DNA of 64,000 nt from Candidatus Omnitrophota bacterium (GCA_021731625.1 JAKFXC010000058.1:815-64814), one strand, 5' to 3'. Positions 1-10,169 are shown, numbered from the stretch's first letter. A program made the numbers and translations. The notes: generated from the letters alone by a model not told the origin.

Positions 1-239
1 GCATCATGCTGCGCAAGGCCGACCTGATTTTCGTGATGACCAAGGGTCACCGGGCCCAGGTGCTGGATCTGGTCCCTTCCGTCGAGAAACGCGTGTACCT
101 GCTCAAAGAATTTGCCGACGACCGCGGGCATGAGACCGACCTGGATGTGCCGGACCCCATCGGCCGCGGCCATGCGGAATACCAGGAATGCCTGACGACC
201 ATTAAGGAGGCGGTGGATAAAATCGTGGATTTGCTATGA
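1..239 (+). CDS. C-terminal fragment of a low-molecular-weight protein tyrosine phosphatase (gene starts upstream of the window)
   Basis: The ORF is open to the window edge. The C-terminal DPIGRGHAEYQE-type motif with an LKEF region is typical of the LMW-PTP/ArsC-fold family. Confidence 0.5.
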   Translation, partial: IMLRKADLIFVMTKGHRAQVLDLVPSVEKRVYLLKEFADDRGHETDLDVPDPIGRGHAEYQECLTTIKEAVDKIVDLL

Positions 240-691
240 ACATTTATGTCGGTGCCGACCACCGCGGGTTTGATTTAAAGAAAAAGACCGTTGCGTTGCT
301 TAAAGCCCTGGGCCATGCCGTGATCGACGTAGGCTCGCACACGCCAGACCCCTGTGATTATCCGCTCATTGCGTTGGCGGTGGCACAGCAAGTGGCCAAG
401 GATCCGCGGGCCCGCGGCATACTGTTGTGCCTGAGCGGTGTGGGCCATGCGATTGCCGCCAATAAAGTCCCCGGGGCTTATGCGGCCTTGGCCTACAATA
501 AGGAAGCCGCGATCTTGTCCCGGCAGCACAACGATGCCAACATTCTGGTGCTGGGATCAAAATTTGTCGACGAGAATGAAATCGGGGAAATCATCGAGGT
601 TTGGTTGGCGACCGCATTTGAGGGCGGCAGGCACCAGCCCCGCGTGGACCAAGTCAAAAACATCGAACAAAAATATATGAAGGGGTTATGA
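236..691 (+). CDS. rpiB: ribose-5-phosphate isomerase B
   Basis: 151 aa. The [17 protein letters not shown]-terminus and the [17 protein letters not shown] motif are characteristic of RpiB/LacAB. Confidence 0.85.
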   Translation: MNIYVGADHRGFDLKKKTVALLKALGHAVIDVGSHTPDPCDYPLIALAVAQQVAKDPRARGILLCLSGVGHAIAANKVPGAYAALAYNKEAAILSRQHNDANILVLGSKFVDENEIGEIIEVWLATAFEGGRHQPRVDQVKNIEQKYMKGL

Positions 692-1929
692 GCCACATTC
701 AAAAATTTGATCCGGAGCTTTTTTTGGCCATACAAGCAGAGCTCAAACGCCAGCGCAACAATCTGGAGCTTATTGCCTCGGAGAACATTGTTTCTGCGGC
801 GGTGCTAGAAGCTGCCGGCAGCGTACTCACGAATAAGTATGCCGAGGGATACCCGGGGGCCCGTTGGTACGGAGGTTGCGAGCACGTCGACGTAGCCGAG
901 AACCTGGCCATTGAGCGCGCCAAAAAATTGTTCCGGGCGGAGCATGTCAATGTGCAGCCGCATTCCGGATCACAGGCGAACATGGCCGTGTATATGTCGG
1001 TGTTAAAGACGGGGGACACGATTTTGGCCCTGGATCTCGCGTGTGGGGGGCATCTTACCCACGGCTTGAAAATCAATTTTTCCGGACGTACCTATCAGGT
1101 GGTTTCCTATAAGGTGGACCCCAAGACCGAAGAACTCGATTACGGCCAGATCGAGCAGCTAGCATTGGAACACAAGCCGCAGATGATCGTCGCCGGGGCT
1201 TCCGCCTATTCGCGTTTTATGGATTTCCGGAGATTTCGGGCCATCGCCGATAAGGTCGGGGCATATCTGTTTGTGGACATGGCCCACATCGCCGGGCTGG
1301 TGGCGGCTGGCCTGCATCCCGATCCGGTGCCGCACGCGCATTTTGTGACCACGACCACGCATAAGACGTTGCGAGGCCCGCGGGCCGGCATGATCTTATG
1401 CAAAGCCGAGTTTGCCAAGAAAATAGACAGCGCCATTTTTCCAGGCATCCAGGGCGGACCGCTGATGCATGTCATTGCGGCCAAAGCTGTAGCGTTTCAG
1501 GAAGCTCTGGCACCGGCGTTTAAGCAATACCAAAAAAATATCTTGCAGAACGCCAAAGCCATGGCTGAGGCGCTGACGCAGAAGGGTTTTCGCATTGTCA
1601 CCGGCGGCACCGACAATCATTTGTTCATGGTGGACTTGCGCGCCAAGAACATCAGCGGTAGGGATGCGGCCGCCGTCCTCGACCACGTGCAAATCACCGT
1701 GAATAAAAATTTGATTCCTTTTGATCCGGCACCTCCGACGGTGACCAGTGGGATCCGCATCGGCACCCCAGCGGTGACCACCCGCGGTATGGGTGTGCCG
1801 CAAATGAGGGCTATCGCGGACTTAATTGAGCGGGCCATTGCCAGCCGCGCCGATGAGGCCGCCTTGCAAGACATCCGTCGGGATGTGCAAAAGCTGACGG
1901 ATGAGTTCCCTATATACAAAGAGGCCTGA
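688..1929 (+). CDS. glyA: serine hydroxymethyltransferase
   Basis: 413 aa with high-identity SHMT motifs ([33 protein letters not shown]). The start overlaps the rpiB stop. Confidence 0.95.
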   Translation: MSHIQKFDPELFLAIQAELKRQRNNLELIASENIVSAAVLEAAGSVLTNKYAEGYPGARWYGGCEHVDVAENLAIERAKKLFRAEHVNVQPHSGSQANMAVYMSVLKTGDTILALDLACGGHLTHGLKINFSGRTYQVVSYKVDPKTEELDYGQIEQLALEHKPQMIVAGASAYSRFMDFRRFRAIADKVGAYLFVDMAHIAGLVAAGLHPDPVPHAHFVTTTTHKTLRGPRAGMILCKAEFAKKIDSAIFPGIQGGPLMHVIAAKAVAFQEALAPAFKQYQKNILQNAKAMAEALTQKGFRIVTGGTDNHLFMVDLRAKNISGRDAAAVLDHVQITVNKNLIPFDPAPPTVTSGIRIGTPAVTTRGMGVPQMRAIADLIERAIASRADEAALQDIRRDVQKLTDEFPIYKEA

Positions 1930-2417
1930 TGCGCTGTCCTTCCTGCCGCTATAAAGACACCAGTGTGGTGGATTCGCGCCTAAGCAAAGACGGTACTTCG
2001 ATCCGTCGGCGGCGCAAATGCTCCAAATGTGAAGAGCGATTTACCACGTATGAATACATCGAGCAGCTGCCGCTCATGGTGGTCAAGCGGGACGGGCGGC
2101 GGCAGGCCTTTGACCGTACCCGCATTTTAAACGGCATCATGAAGGCTTGCGAAAAGAGGCCGGTATCAGTCGAACACGTTGAAGAGTTGGTCGACGACAT
2201 AGAGCACGGCGTACGCAAGAAATTTGACCAGGAGGTTTTTTCCAAAGACATCGGGGAAATGATCATGAAACGGCTGGCGGCCCTGGACGAAGTGGCTTAC
2301 GTGCGTTTTGCCTCCGTCTACCGCCAGTTCCGCGATGTCAATCAGTTCATGGACGAAATGCGGATGATCTTAGGTAAAAATAAATTGAAACGTAAAAAGA
2401 AAAAGAAGTTGGAGTAG
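1929..2417 (+). CDS. nrdR: transcriptional repressor NrdR, with a lysine-rich C-terminal tail
   Basis: [17 protein letters not shown] zinc ribbon followed by an ATP-cone. The start overlaps the glyA stop (TGATG). The tail is KNKLKRKKKKKLE. Confidence 0.9.
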   Translation: MRCPSCRYKDTSVVDSRLSKDGTSIRRRRKCSKCEERFTTYEYIEQLPLMVVKRDGRRQAFDRTRILNGIMKACEKRPVSVEHVEELVDDIEHGVRKKFDQEVFSKDIGEMIMKRLAALDEVAYVRFASVYRQFRDVNQFMDEMRMILGKNKLKRKKKKKLE

Positions 2418-2419
2418 CC

Positions 2420-2824
2420 ATGATTAGAGTAGAATTGTCCCGCATCATTATCGACGAGAAACGTCAGGACCAGGTGATCGTGCTTAAGGAAAAAGATGGG
2501 GAACGCCAGATCCCCATCGTCATTGGGTTTATGGAAGCCTCCAGCATCAAGATCAAAATTTCCGGCGTAGACGTGCCCCGGCCCATGACCCATGACTTGG
2601 TGGTGCAGATCTTAGAGGCCTTGGGCGCCCGCCTGGAGAAAGTCAGCATCGACAAACTCATCAACAATACGTTCCACGCCACGCTTGAGATCAAGAACAA
2701 GGACGGCGAATTAAAGTCCGTGGATGCCCGTCCGTCGGACAGCATAGCCCTGGCCGTGCGGTACAAAGCCCCCATTTTTGTGAGCGAAGAAGTGGCCCAG
2801 AAGTCCGCGACCAGTAATTTTTAA
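2420..2824 (+). CDS. bifunctional nuclease (BFN/DUF151) family protein
   Basis: 134 aa. The ...PIVIGFMEA...THDL pattern is typical of the BFN domain. Confidence 0.55.
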   Translation: MIRVELSRIIIDEKRQDQVIVLKEKDGERQIPIVIGFMEASSIKIKISGVDVPRPMTHDLVVQILEALGARLEKVSIDKLINNTFHATLEIKNKDGELKSVDARPSDSIALAVRYKAPIFVSEEVAQKSATSNF

Positions 2825-2825
2825 A

Positions 2826-4241
2826 ATGTCTTTGCGCCAGGATTTTCCCCAGCTTGGGACCATTGATGATTTAGCCAAGGCCCGCCGAAGAAAGGTTTAT
2901 TTAGTCGGTGGGTTTTTGCGTGATTTGGCGTTGGGCAAAACCGGCAGTGATTTTGATTTTGCCGTCAGCAGCCATTCCCTCGACCTGGCCCGGAGTTTTT
3001 CCCGTCGAGTGAAAGGGGCCTATGTGCTCTTGGACCAAGAGCGCGGCAGCGCCCGGGTGGTCAAAAAGGAGGGGGGCGTTGATTGGACCTATGACTTTAC
3101 GGATTTTCGGGGCAAAGGGATCAGCGGGGATTTGCGGCGGCGAGATTTTACCGTAAATACGTTGTGTGTGGACTTGTCGACGGGGAAAGACTATTCTCCC
3201 CGGCTGGCTCGTAAAGATTTAAAGGCCAGGATCATCCGGATGGTTTCCCCTAAAGTTTTTTTGGATGACCCGTTACGCTTGTTGCGCGCTTTTAGCTTAG
3301 AGGCTCAGACTGGATTCAAAATTGACGCCAAAACTCTCGCCCGCATCAAAAAGGAGGCCCATTTAATCAGAGCCCCGGCGATGGAGAGGATTAGGGAAGA
3401 GATCTTCAAGATTTTGCATACGCCGCGGGCGTTTAAGACGATCACGGCACTAGACCGCGTCGGATTGCTAACTAGGGTGCTGCCTCAGCTCTGCGTCATG
3501 CACGGCATTAAGCAGGGAGGCTTCCACCATCTGGATGTCTGGAAGCATTCACTGGAGGTCTTAAGCCAATTGGAACAGTTGCTTCCCGAATTTGAGAAAG
3601 ACCCCGCCATTAAGGGTTACTTCGACGAGGAAATCGGTGGCGGACATACCCGCATCTCCCTGATAAAATTGGCTGCTTTGCTCCACGATGTCGGTAAACC
3701 CGAGACCCGCAAAAAAGAAGGGGCCCGCATGACCTTTCATGGGCATGAGCACGCGGGCAAGGCCATTACCCGCCAGGCGGCCAAGCGTTTGAAATTGTCT
3801 GTCAAAGAGCGATATTGGCTGGAGAATGCGGTGCGCATGCATTTGCGGCCAGGCTACCTTTCCAATTTCAAACGCCCGACGGCTAAGGCGATGTTTCGCT
3901 ATATGCGCGATACCAAATCCGAGGCTGCGGCCATTGCGATTTTGGCCATGGGAGACCAGCGCGCCACGCGGGGGCCTTTGACCACAGCAGCCAAGGCTAA
4001 GCACCACGAGCGCATTTGCCGTATGATGATCGAGGAATATTTTACGGTGAAAGCCAAACCGGTCTTGCCGCGCTTGCTCACCGGGCATGATTTGATTAAG
4101 ACTTTAAAGCTTAAGCCCTCGCCGATGTTTGCCGAAATTCTGACGGCCGTGCAGGAGGCCCAGGCTTTAAAAACGATCACCACTAGAGCCCAGGCGCTGG
4201 CGCTTGCGCAAGACCTGGCGACCAAAAACCATGCTTTATAA
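2826..4241 (+). CDS. cca: CCA tRNA nucleotidyltransferase / poly(A) polymerase family protein with an HD domain
   Basis: The GGFLRDLALGKTGSDFDFAV pol-beta nucleotidyltransferase head and the later HHLDVWKHSLEV...LHDVGKP HD motif. Confidence 0.7.
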   Translation: MSLRQDFPQLGTIDDLAKARRRKVYLVGGFLRDLALGKTGSDFDFAVSSHSLDLARSFSRRVKGAYVLLDQERGSARVVKKEGGVDWTYDFTDFRGKGISGDLRRRDFTVNTLCVDLSTGKDYSPRLARKDLKARIIRMVSPKVFLDDPLRLLRAFSLEAQTGFKIDAKTLARIKKEAHLIRAPAMERIREEIFKILHTPRAFKTITALDRVGLLTRVLPQLCVMHGIKQGGFHHLDVWKHSLEVLSQLEQLLPEFEKDPAIKGYFDEEIGGGHTRISLIKLAALLHDVGKPETRKKEGARMTFHGHEHAGKAITRQAAKRLKLSVKERYWLENAVRMHLRPGYLSNFKRPTAKAMFRYMRDTKSEAAAIAILAMGDQRATRGPLTTAAKAKHHERICRMMIEEYFTVKAKPVLPRLLTGHDLIKTLKLKPSPMFAEILTAVQEAQALKTITTRAQALALAQDLATKNHAL

Positions 4242-4908
4242 AATGGACAAGACGGTTTTGCGGGTCAGCGGCAATGCCGCGGCCTTCTTAAACGGCCTGA
4301 CCTCCAATACCCTGGACTTGCCGCACAATGCGTTCCTGAATGTGCACGGCCGCATCATCACCACCTTTGACCAGGTGCAATCCGGACCGGACGAATTTTT
4401 GATTGTCATTTTTGCTGGTGCTTGGGAGGCACTGAAAGCACATACGGAAAGATTTTTGCGCCTAAACAAAACGTCGCTGGAACCGATAGAATGGAATGTG
4501 TATTTCGATGCCAGCGGCATGCATCCCGTCGAGGAAGGGGATTTCGTTATTCCCCAGCGGTCCGGCCGCATGATTGTGACCCCGCAATTCTGGGTCCCCA
4601 CCATGTCGGCGGATGCGTTTACCCTGTTTCGCCTACAACACCATATCCCATTACATGGCGTCGATTACCACGATGAAATGGTCTTAAACGTGCACGAGTA
4701 TGATTTTGTCTCCTACACCAAAGGGTGTTTTTTAGGTCAGGAGCCCATTGCCAAGGTTCACAACCGCGCCCGACCCACCTGGAAACTGGTGGTGGTGTCG
4801 GCCGATGACTTGCCGACAGAAGAACGCTCCCGTATGACTTCCAAAATCCTCGACCCTAAAACCCAGCGCGTGCAAGGGTTTAGCTTTGTGCCGAACCGCG
4901 AGGTTTAG
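4231..4908 (+). CDS. YgfZ/GcvT-like folate-binding protein (aminomethyltransferase fold)
   Basis: The track ORF starts at 4204 inside cca; likely ATG starts are 4231 or 4243. The C-terminal KGCFLGQEPIAKVHNRARPTWKLV region resembles YgfZ/GcvT barrel domains. Confidence 0.45.
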   Translation: MLYKMDKTVLRVSGNAAAFLNGLTSNTLDLPHNAFLNVHGRIITTFDQVQSGPDEFLIVIFAGAWEALKAHTERFLRLNKTSLEPIEWNVYFDASGMHPVEEGDFVIPQRSGRMIVTPQFWVPTMSADAFTLFRLQHHIPLHGVDYHDEMVLNVHEYDFVSYTKGCFLGQEPIAKVHNRARPTWKLVVVSADDLPTEERSRMTSKILDPKTQRVQGFSFVPNREV

Positions 4909-4997
4909 AGCAGCCCAGCCGGTTGTCCAAACTGGTAAAACAGCCCGCGTTGTTGTAGACTTCCTACATGCCCCCAGACTTAAACTTAAAATGTGTT

Positions 4998-7900
4998 ATG
5001 TTTTGTGCGCTGGTTTGCTTTGGGGCTATGCCGTGCCTGCCCGCCCCTTTCGTGGTGGCTCAGGAAATGGTCGCGCTGCCGGCCCCCGGGACCAGGGTAC
5101 ATTTAAGCCCCGCGTTTGCGCCGCCGGTGCTTAAGGGAATCAAAATCCATCCGGATAATCCTTTCCGCATTGAGTTTGTGTTGTCCCAGGGGGACGCTGT
5201 GTTCCCGGAAGTAGATGCACTTAACATGGAACTCAAAAGGGAATCCACCAAGCTCATCAAATATTTTCTTGCTGCGCTGACCATTCCCGAAAAAGACTTG
5301 TGGGTCAATTTGTCCCCCTATGAACAAGACCGTATTGTGCCGGAATTTTTTGGCCAGACCGAAATGGGTCGGGATTTATTGACCCAGGATTATATGCTTA
5401 AACAGATCACCGCCAGTTTGATTTATCCTGAAGATGAGATCGGCAAACAATTTTGGAAACGTGTGTATGAAGAAGCTGGTAAAGAGTTCGGCACCACAAA
5501 TATTCCGGTCAACACGTTTAACAAAATGTGGATTGTTCCGGAACAGGCAGTCGTATACGAAAATGCCAAGTCGGGATCGGCATATGTGGTCAGATCAAAG
5601 TTGAAAGTCATGCTGGAGGCGGATTACTTGGCCCTGAATAAAAATGGCAGCGGCGCCGTGCCTCCGAAGGATGTCAATTCTTTGGCATCAAAAATCGTGC
5701 GCGAAATTGTCCTTCCCCAGTTGACCAAGGAGGTGAATGAAGGCAGGAATTTTGCCATGTTGCGCCAGATATTTCATTCATTGATATTGGCAACCTGGTA
5801 TAAGAAAAAAATCAAGGAAAGTGTCTTAACTCAGGTGTACAGCGACCAGCAGAAAATAGCCGGCGTTGACACTGATGATCCGTCGGAGAAAGAACAAATA
5901 TACCAAGGGTATCTGCAATCCTTCAAAAAAGGCGTTTACAATTACATCAAAGAAGAACAAGACCCTTTCAATCATCAAAGCGTTTCCAGAAAATATTTTT
6001 CCGGAGGAATGCAGATGGCGACGCCGTTGACAGTGACAAATGATCTTGCACATGAAGACAGAAACCCGGTTTTTGCCGGAGAGAAAAGATTTTTGGTGAG
6101 GTCAGATTTGGCAATGGCCGCCAAAGCCGCGACGTCAGAGAAATCCGAGCGATCAGATCTGCAAGAAAGGATAAGACGATTCAGCCTGGAGGTGGAGAGT
6201 TACGGTTCCGGCATGATGGACCCTTATAGCGTGTTAGGACGACGGTATAGCCTTACCCGTTACCAAATTGTGGAAATTCTCAAGGAATACGGGTATGAAA
6301 GAAATCATCTCATCGCTGTGGCGGCTATACAAAAGCAAAAAAAAGCCGAGAAAAGAAAACAGCAAAGGCTAAAGGCCCGCGCGCTTCGGATCAAAGAGGC
6401 CGTGTATGCCGCTGTGGACCGCATTGAGGGTTTTTCCGAGGCCAGGCGGAAAAATAAATACGAACTGATGGCCCAATTGTTTAGAAAGCATATTAAAAAA
6501 TTTAGAGGAGGAGCAAGTGCGTTCTTTTATAAAAATGGCAGGGTGACTGGGCTTGATAAAACGGGCAGCCCGTATGCCCTTATGAAATTCGTTTTCCCCC
6601 AATGTTTCGATGACCATAATCCCAAGCTTCTAAGTTTAGCGGACTTCCCGGTCAAAATCCATTTTACAAAAACCATGGCCAAGGCGGTTATTTTAGATGC
6701 GCTGGATCAAATCGATGGATTTGCACAGGCCAGAGCGGACGGGAATGTCCGGGTCATGAAAGAAAAATACCTTGAACATGTGAGAGGTTTTAGAAGGAAA
6801 GTCCGCGGTGGGTTCATTGAGGGTGACCTCGCTTATTTTAAACAATTCCCATTGGTGCGCAGAGTGATGAATAAAAAGCGGCGGTATTTAACGAGAAGAG
6901 ACAGTCCGTTGGCCCTATTGAAATTCGCACTACCCGCATTGGTTAATGACAAAAACCCGGACGCATTGAAATTGGCGGATTTCCGGTATTTGCATTTAAC
7001 AAAAAGGAAGGCCGTAAAACTGATTAATGACGGGTTGTCCACTATCAGAGGGTTTCAACTGGCCAAGGTAAAGGGCGATATCAAGAAGATGCGAGAACTG
7101 TACATCGAACACGTCATCGGGTATTTAGAGATCATCGATGGAAGGGTAGAGAGCGGCCAGCAGGCGTTCTTTTTTCGATTTCCGGCCATAAAGCGGTTGG
7201 TGTTTGAGAAACATGCTTTCCTGGGGAATGCGCACAGCATTGTGGCCTTGGTGAAACTCGCCGTGCCGCAGTTATTTGATCCCAAAAATCAGGAGGCGCT
7301 GACGGTGGCAGATCTATACCATCGGAAGCATTCTCCTGTATCCAGGTTGAGGATAACCATCAGAAGCGAATTTTATAAAATTTGGGGATTCCGCGAAGCC
7401 CAAAAACAGGGCGATGCCAGAAAAATGAAAGAACTGTTTTTTACTCATATTAAAGGGTATGCGAGGAGACAGAAGGAAACAGTGGTGGGCGGAACTCTGG
7501 CTTTTTTTGACCAATTTCCGGAGGCCCGAAAGTTGATATCGCCAACGGCGGCTGACTCAGCAAATCAATTCGCCTGCTGGGTCCTGGCAGGGCTTCCTTT
7601 TCCGGAATTAACAGATAAAAAAAATCCGCACGCTTTGCGTCTTGGAGATTTTGATGGCCAGTTTATTGTTTACAAATTTTCGGAAGTGCGTCAGGCCATG
7701 CTAAAGGCCCTTTACACAATCAAAGGGTTTGATTCGGCGAGGCATCTTGCTAAAGTTGAGAGGATGCAATCATTATATCAAAGGCACGTGCACAACTTTG
7801 AATCGTACAGCGGGGTCCGAGGTGAAAGGGCATTTTTCCGGCAAGTCCCGTTGTTAAAGAAAATAATTCCCTTAGAGAATTCACGATTGAAAGGGAAAAT

Positions 7901-8183
7901 AGAGTTGAAAGATTTACTCATGATGGTTGCGCCGCAAGTGGTTACGAGAATGGGGGACAGCGCCCAAATGGGCGGTATCGATTTGCAAGCAGACAAAGTA
8001 AACCTTGAACTGCAGAACTCCGGTCAGACAATTCAATTTAAAACCGACCCGGCCATGCTTAAGCAGCTCCAAAACGCCCCCGGTTTTGTGCCGGTCATTA
8101 TTGATGTCCAGCCCATGACTGATCTTAGACTTTTCCTCGGCTTGACAGACGAAAAGTCTTCCATAAAAGCGGCCGCTTCGTAA
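4998..8183 (+). CDS. giant exported repeat protein, paralog A of a family sharing N- and C-terminal modules with 48509..54967
   Basis: Signal-peptide-like MFCALVCFGAMPCLPAPFVVAQE. An N-terminal ~300-aa domain (KYFLAALTIPEKDLWVNLSPYE, LKQITASLIYPE, NEGRNFAMLRQIFHSLILATWYKK, RKYFSGG) is shared with the 2165-aa protein. There are five tandem ~112-aa repeats. The C-terminal module is GGIDLQADKVNL...NAPGFVPVIIDVQPMTDLRLFLG. Confidence 0.6.
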   Translation: MFCALVCFGAMPCLPAPFVVAQEMVALPAPGTRVHLSPAFAPPVLKGIKIHPDNPFRIEFVLSQGDAVFPEVDALNMELKRESTKLIKYFLAALTIPEKDLWVNLSPYEQDRIVPEFFGQTEMGRDLLTQDYMLKQITASLIYPEDEIGKQFWKRVYEEAGKEFGTTNIPVNTFNKMWIVPEQAVVYENAKSGSAYVVRSKLKVMLEADYLALNKNGSGAVPPKDVNSLASKIVREIVLPQLTKEVNEGRNFAMLRQIFHSLILATWYKKKIKESVLTQVYSDQQKIAGVDTDDPSEKEQIYQGYLQSFKKGVYNYIKEEQDPFNHQSVSRKYFSGGMQMATPLTVTNDLAHEDRNPVFAGEKRFLVRSDLAMAAKAATSEKSERSDLQERIRRFSLEVESYGSGMMDPYSVLGRRYSLTRYQIVEILKEYGYERNHLIAVAAIQKQKKAEKRKQQRLKARALRIKEAVYAAVDRIEGFSEARRKNKYELMAQLFRKHIKKFRGGASAFFYKNGRVTGLDKTGSPYALMKFVFPQCFDDHNPKLLSLADFPVKIHFTKTMAKAVILDALDQIDGFAQARADGNVRVMKEKYLEHVRGFRRKVRGGFIEGDLAYFKQFPLVRRVMNKKRRYLTRRDSPLALLKFALPALVNDKNPDALKLADFRYLHLTKRKAVKLINDGLSTIRGFQLAKVKGDIKKMRELYIEHVIGYLEIIDGRVESGQQAFFFRFPAIKRLVFEKHAFLGNAHSIVALVKLAVPQLFDPKNQEALTVADLYHRKHSPVSRLRITIRSEFYKIWGFREAQKQGDARKMKELFFTHIKGYARRQKETVVGGTLAFFDQFPEARKLISPTAADSANQFACWVLAGLPFPELTDKKNPHALRLGDFDGQFIVYKFSEVRQAMLKALYTIKGFDSARHLAKVERMQSLYQRHVHNFESYSGVRGERAFFRQVPLLKKIIPLENSRLKGKIELKDLLMMVAPQVVTRMGDSAQMGGIDLQADKVNLELQNSGQTIQFKTDPAMLKQLQNAPGFVPVIIDVQPMTDLRLFLGLTDEKSSIKAAAS
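6427..7960 (+). repeat. five tandem ~336-nt (about 112-aa) coding repeats inside the 1061-aa protein, each starting GF(S/A/Q/R/D)
   Basis: Each unit reads GFxxA..., then (L/M)Y/F..H(V/I)(R/K)GF, AFF..FP, LxKxxxPxLxDxKNPxALxLADF. Boundaries are approximate. Confidence 0.55.
7968..8183 (+). repeat. dispersed ~180-nt C-terminal-module repeat, copy 1 (about 80% nt identity to copy 2 over the conserved core)
   Basis: caaaacgcccccggttttgtgccggtcattattgat... compared with caaaacgcccccggctttgtgccggtcatcattaat... Confidence 0.6.
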
Positions 8184-8241
8184 TACGGCACCATCTAACC
8201 CTCCCGCGGAAATATTTTCCATTTTCCAGAGTTGTGCTAGA

Positions 8242-9393
8242 ATGTTGGCACTTATGGACATCCGAACCAAGTCCGTGCACACGGGCGTCAATATCGACAA
8301 GACATTTAATTCGGTGATCACCCCGATCTACCCGACGTCCACCTTTTATTTTGACGAGGTCGGCAAAGGCAAGGGTTATGATTACACCCGCAGCGGCAAC
8401 CCCACCCGGGCCGCCCTGGAGGCCAACATTGCCGCCCTGGAAGAGGGTGTCAATTGCTCGGCCACGGCCACCGGCATGGCCGCCATCACAGCCGTCATGT
8501 TCTTCTTAAAACCCGGCGACCATATCATTGCCGGCGATGACATTTACGGTGGGACATACCGGCTGTTTAATGCGGTGCTTAAGCCCATGGGCTTTAAGTT
8601 TTCCTTCATCAATATGAGGGACTTGAAGGCGGTCAAAGACAGCGTCGGCAAAGACACCAAAATGATTTGGATCGAGACCCCGTCGAATCCGTTGCTAAAC
8701 ATCGTTGACATTGCCGCTGTTGTGGACATCGCGCACAAGAAAAAGCTGCTGACGGTTGCGGACAATACTTTTTTGTCTCCGTATTTTCAAAAACCGCTGG
8801 CGTTGGGTGTGGACATCGTTGTTCATTCCACCACCAAATATTTAAATGGCCACAGCGACGTGGTTGGTGGGGCCATCATCTATGGCAACAAAACCCTGCA
8901 GGAGCGCGGCCGTTATTTAGTCAACGCCTTAGGCGTTTCCCAGGCGCCGTACGATGCCTGGCTGGTCTTGCGTGGCGTCAAGACTTTGGCCCCGCGGATG
9001 GACGTGCATCAGGCCAATGCCCTCAAAGTCGCCCGCTTTTTAGAGGCTCACAAGAACGTTAAAAAAGTTTATTATCCGGGTCTTAAAAGCCACCCCCAGC
9101 AGGGTTTAATCAAAAAACAGATGAGCGGGTTTGGCGGGATGTTGGCGTTTGACTTAAACACTAAAAAAGTGACGCTCAACCAATTGTTTAGGAAATTAGA
9201 GTATTTTGCCCTGGCGGAATCATTGGGTGGGGTGGAATCTTTGATTGAGACGCCGTGGTTCATGAGCCACGTCTCCATGGGCGAGGCAGGCCTGAAAGCC
9301 TCCGGCATTACGCCGGAGACCGTGCGCGTCTCCGTCGGAATCGAAGGCGCCGAGGACTTGATTGCGGATTTAAACCAAGCGTTGAAAGGTTAA
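8242..9393 (+). CDS. Cys/Met-metabolism PLP-dependent enzyme (cystathionine gamma-synthase / beta-lyase family)
   Basis: 383 aa with TRSGNPTR, a STTKYLNGHSDVVGG PLP-lysine motif and the AESLGGVESLIE tail. Confidence 0.8.
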   Translation: MLALMDIRTKSVHTGVNIDKTFNSVITPIYPTSTFYFDEVGKGKGYDYTRSGNPTRAALEANIAALEEGVNCSATATGMAAITAVMFFLKPGDHIIAGDDIYGGTYRLFNAVLKPMGFKFSFINMRDLKAVKDSVGKDTKMIWIETPSNPLLNIVDIAAVVDIAHKKKLLTVADNTFLSPYFQKPLALGVDIVVHSTTKYLNGHSDVVGGAIIYGNKTLQERGRYLVNALGVSQAPYDAWLVLRGVKTLAPRMDVHQANALKVARFLEAHKNVKKVYYPGLKSHPQQGLIKKQMSGFGGMLAFDLNTKKVTLNQLFRKLEYFALAESLGGVESLIETPWFMSHVSMGEAGLKASGITPETVRVSVGIEGAEDLIADLNQALKG

Positions 9394-9394
9394 G

Positions 9395-10168
9395 TTGGAT
9401 CGCTCGCTCTCCACATATTGGTTTTTATCCCTTGTTGTGCTGGCCCTCGCTGCTGGCCCCCGGGATGCCTTTGCCGCTTTGCCGGACATCGAGGCCGCGG
9501 TCATGGACAAGAATTACACCCAGGCGAGATCTTTGGCGGCCAAAGTCTTGCAGGAGAGCACAAACTCAAAAGAGCGCACCGAGGCGGAATATTATTTGGG
9601 TTTAAGTCAATTGCGGTTGGGGGAATACGCGCAAGCCCGCAAGGCATTTCAGGTTGTCATGGCCGCGTCGTCGATCCCGGAACTGTATGACAAAGCTGGA
9701 CTCGGGATGGTCGAGAGCTATTATATGGCCGGGTTTTATAAAGATGCGCGTAAGGCCGGGGAGGCCTTGTTGCGCAAGAGTCCTGATTCGCAATCGAAGA
9801 GTCTGATTTATCTAAAACTCGCCCGGGCGCATTTAAAATTGATGCAATGGCAAAAAGCCAAAGAGTATTTGCTCAAAATCCTGGCCGAGTTTCCGCAGAG
9901 TTTCGAAGCGCCCATTGCCAAAGGCCTGCTGGAAGAAAAAGAATATTTTACCGTGCAGGTGGGGTCATTTTTGAATCAGGACAAAGCCGTCCGCTTGACC
10001 GAGGAATTAACAGCCAAAGATCAGTACGCGTACATCGTCGAGACCGTCTCTGCCGACGGGAGAAAATTTTACCGTGTGCGGGTCGGCCAAGTCACTTCTC
10101 TGGGCGATGCCCAGGCCCTTCAGACCACGCTGTCGCGGGAGGGATACCCCACCCTGATTTATCCTTAG
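9395..10168 (+). CDS. exported TPR-repeat protein with a C-terminal SPOR (peptidoglycan-binding) domain
   Basis: Signal peptide; TPR-like YYLGLSQLRLGEYAQARKAF; C-terminal FTVQVGSF...YRVRVGQ SPOR signature. Confidence 0.6.
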   Translation: MDRSLSTYWFLSLVVLALAAGPRDAFAALPDIEAAVMDKNYTQARSLAAKVLQESTNSKERTEAEYYLGLSQLRLGEYAQARKAFQVVMAASSIPELYDKAGLGMVESYYMAGFYKDARKAGEALLRKSPDSQSKSLIYLKLARAHLKLMQWQKAKEYLLKILAEFPQSFEAPIAKGLLEEKEYFTVQVGSFLNQDKAVRLTEELTAKDQYAYIVETVSADGRKFYRVRVGQVTSLGDAQALQTTLSREGYPTLIYP

Positions 10169-10169
10169 C

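Noticed and set aside
4204-4243. Track ORF for the YgfZ-like gene starts at 4204, inside cca.
   Set aside because: The first 9 codons overlap the cca C-terminus. The start was moved to ATG 4231 (or 4243, just after the cca stop).
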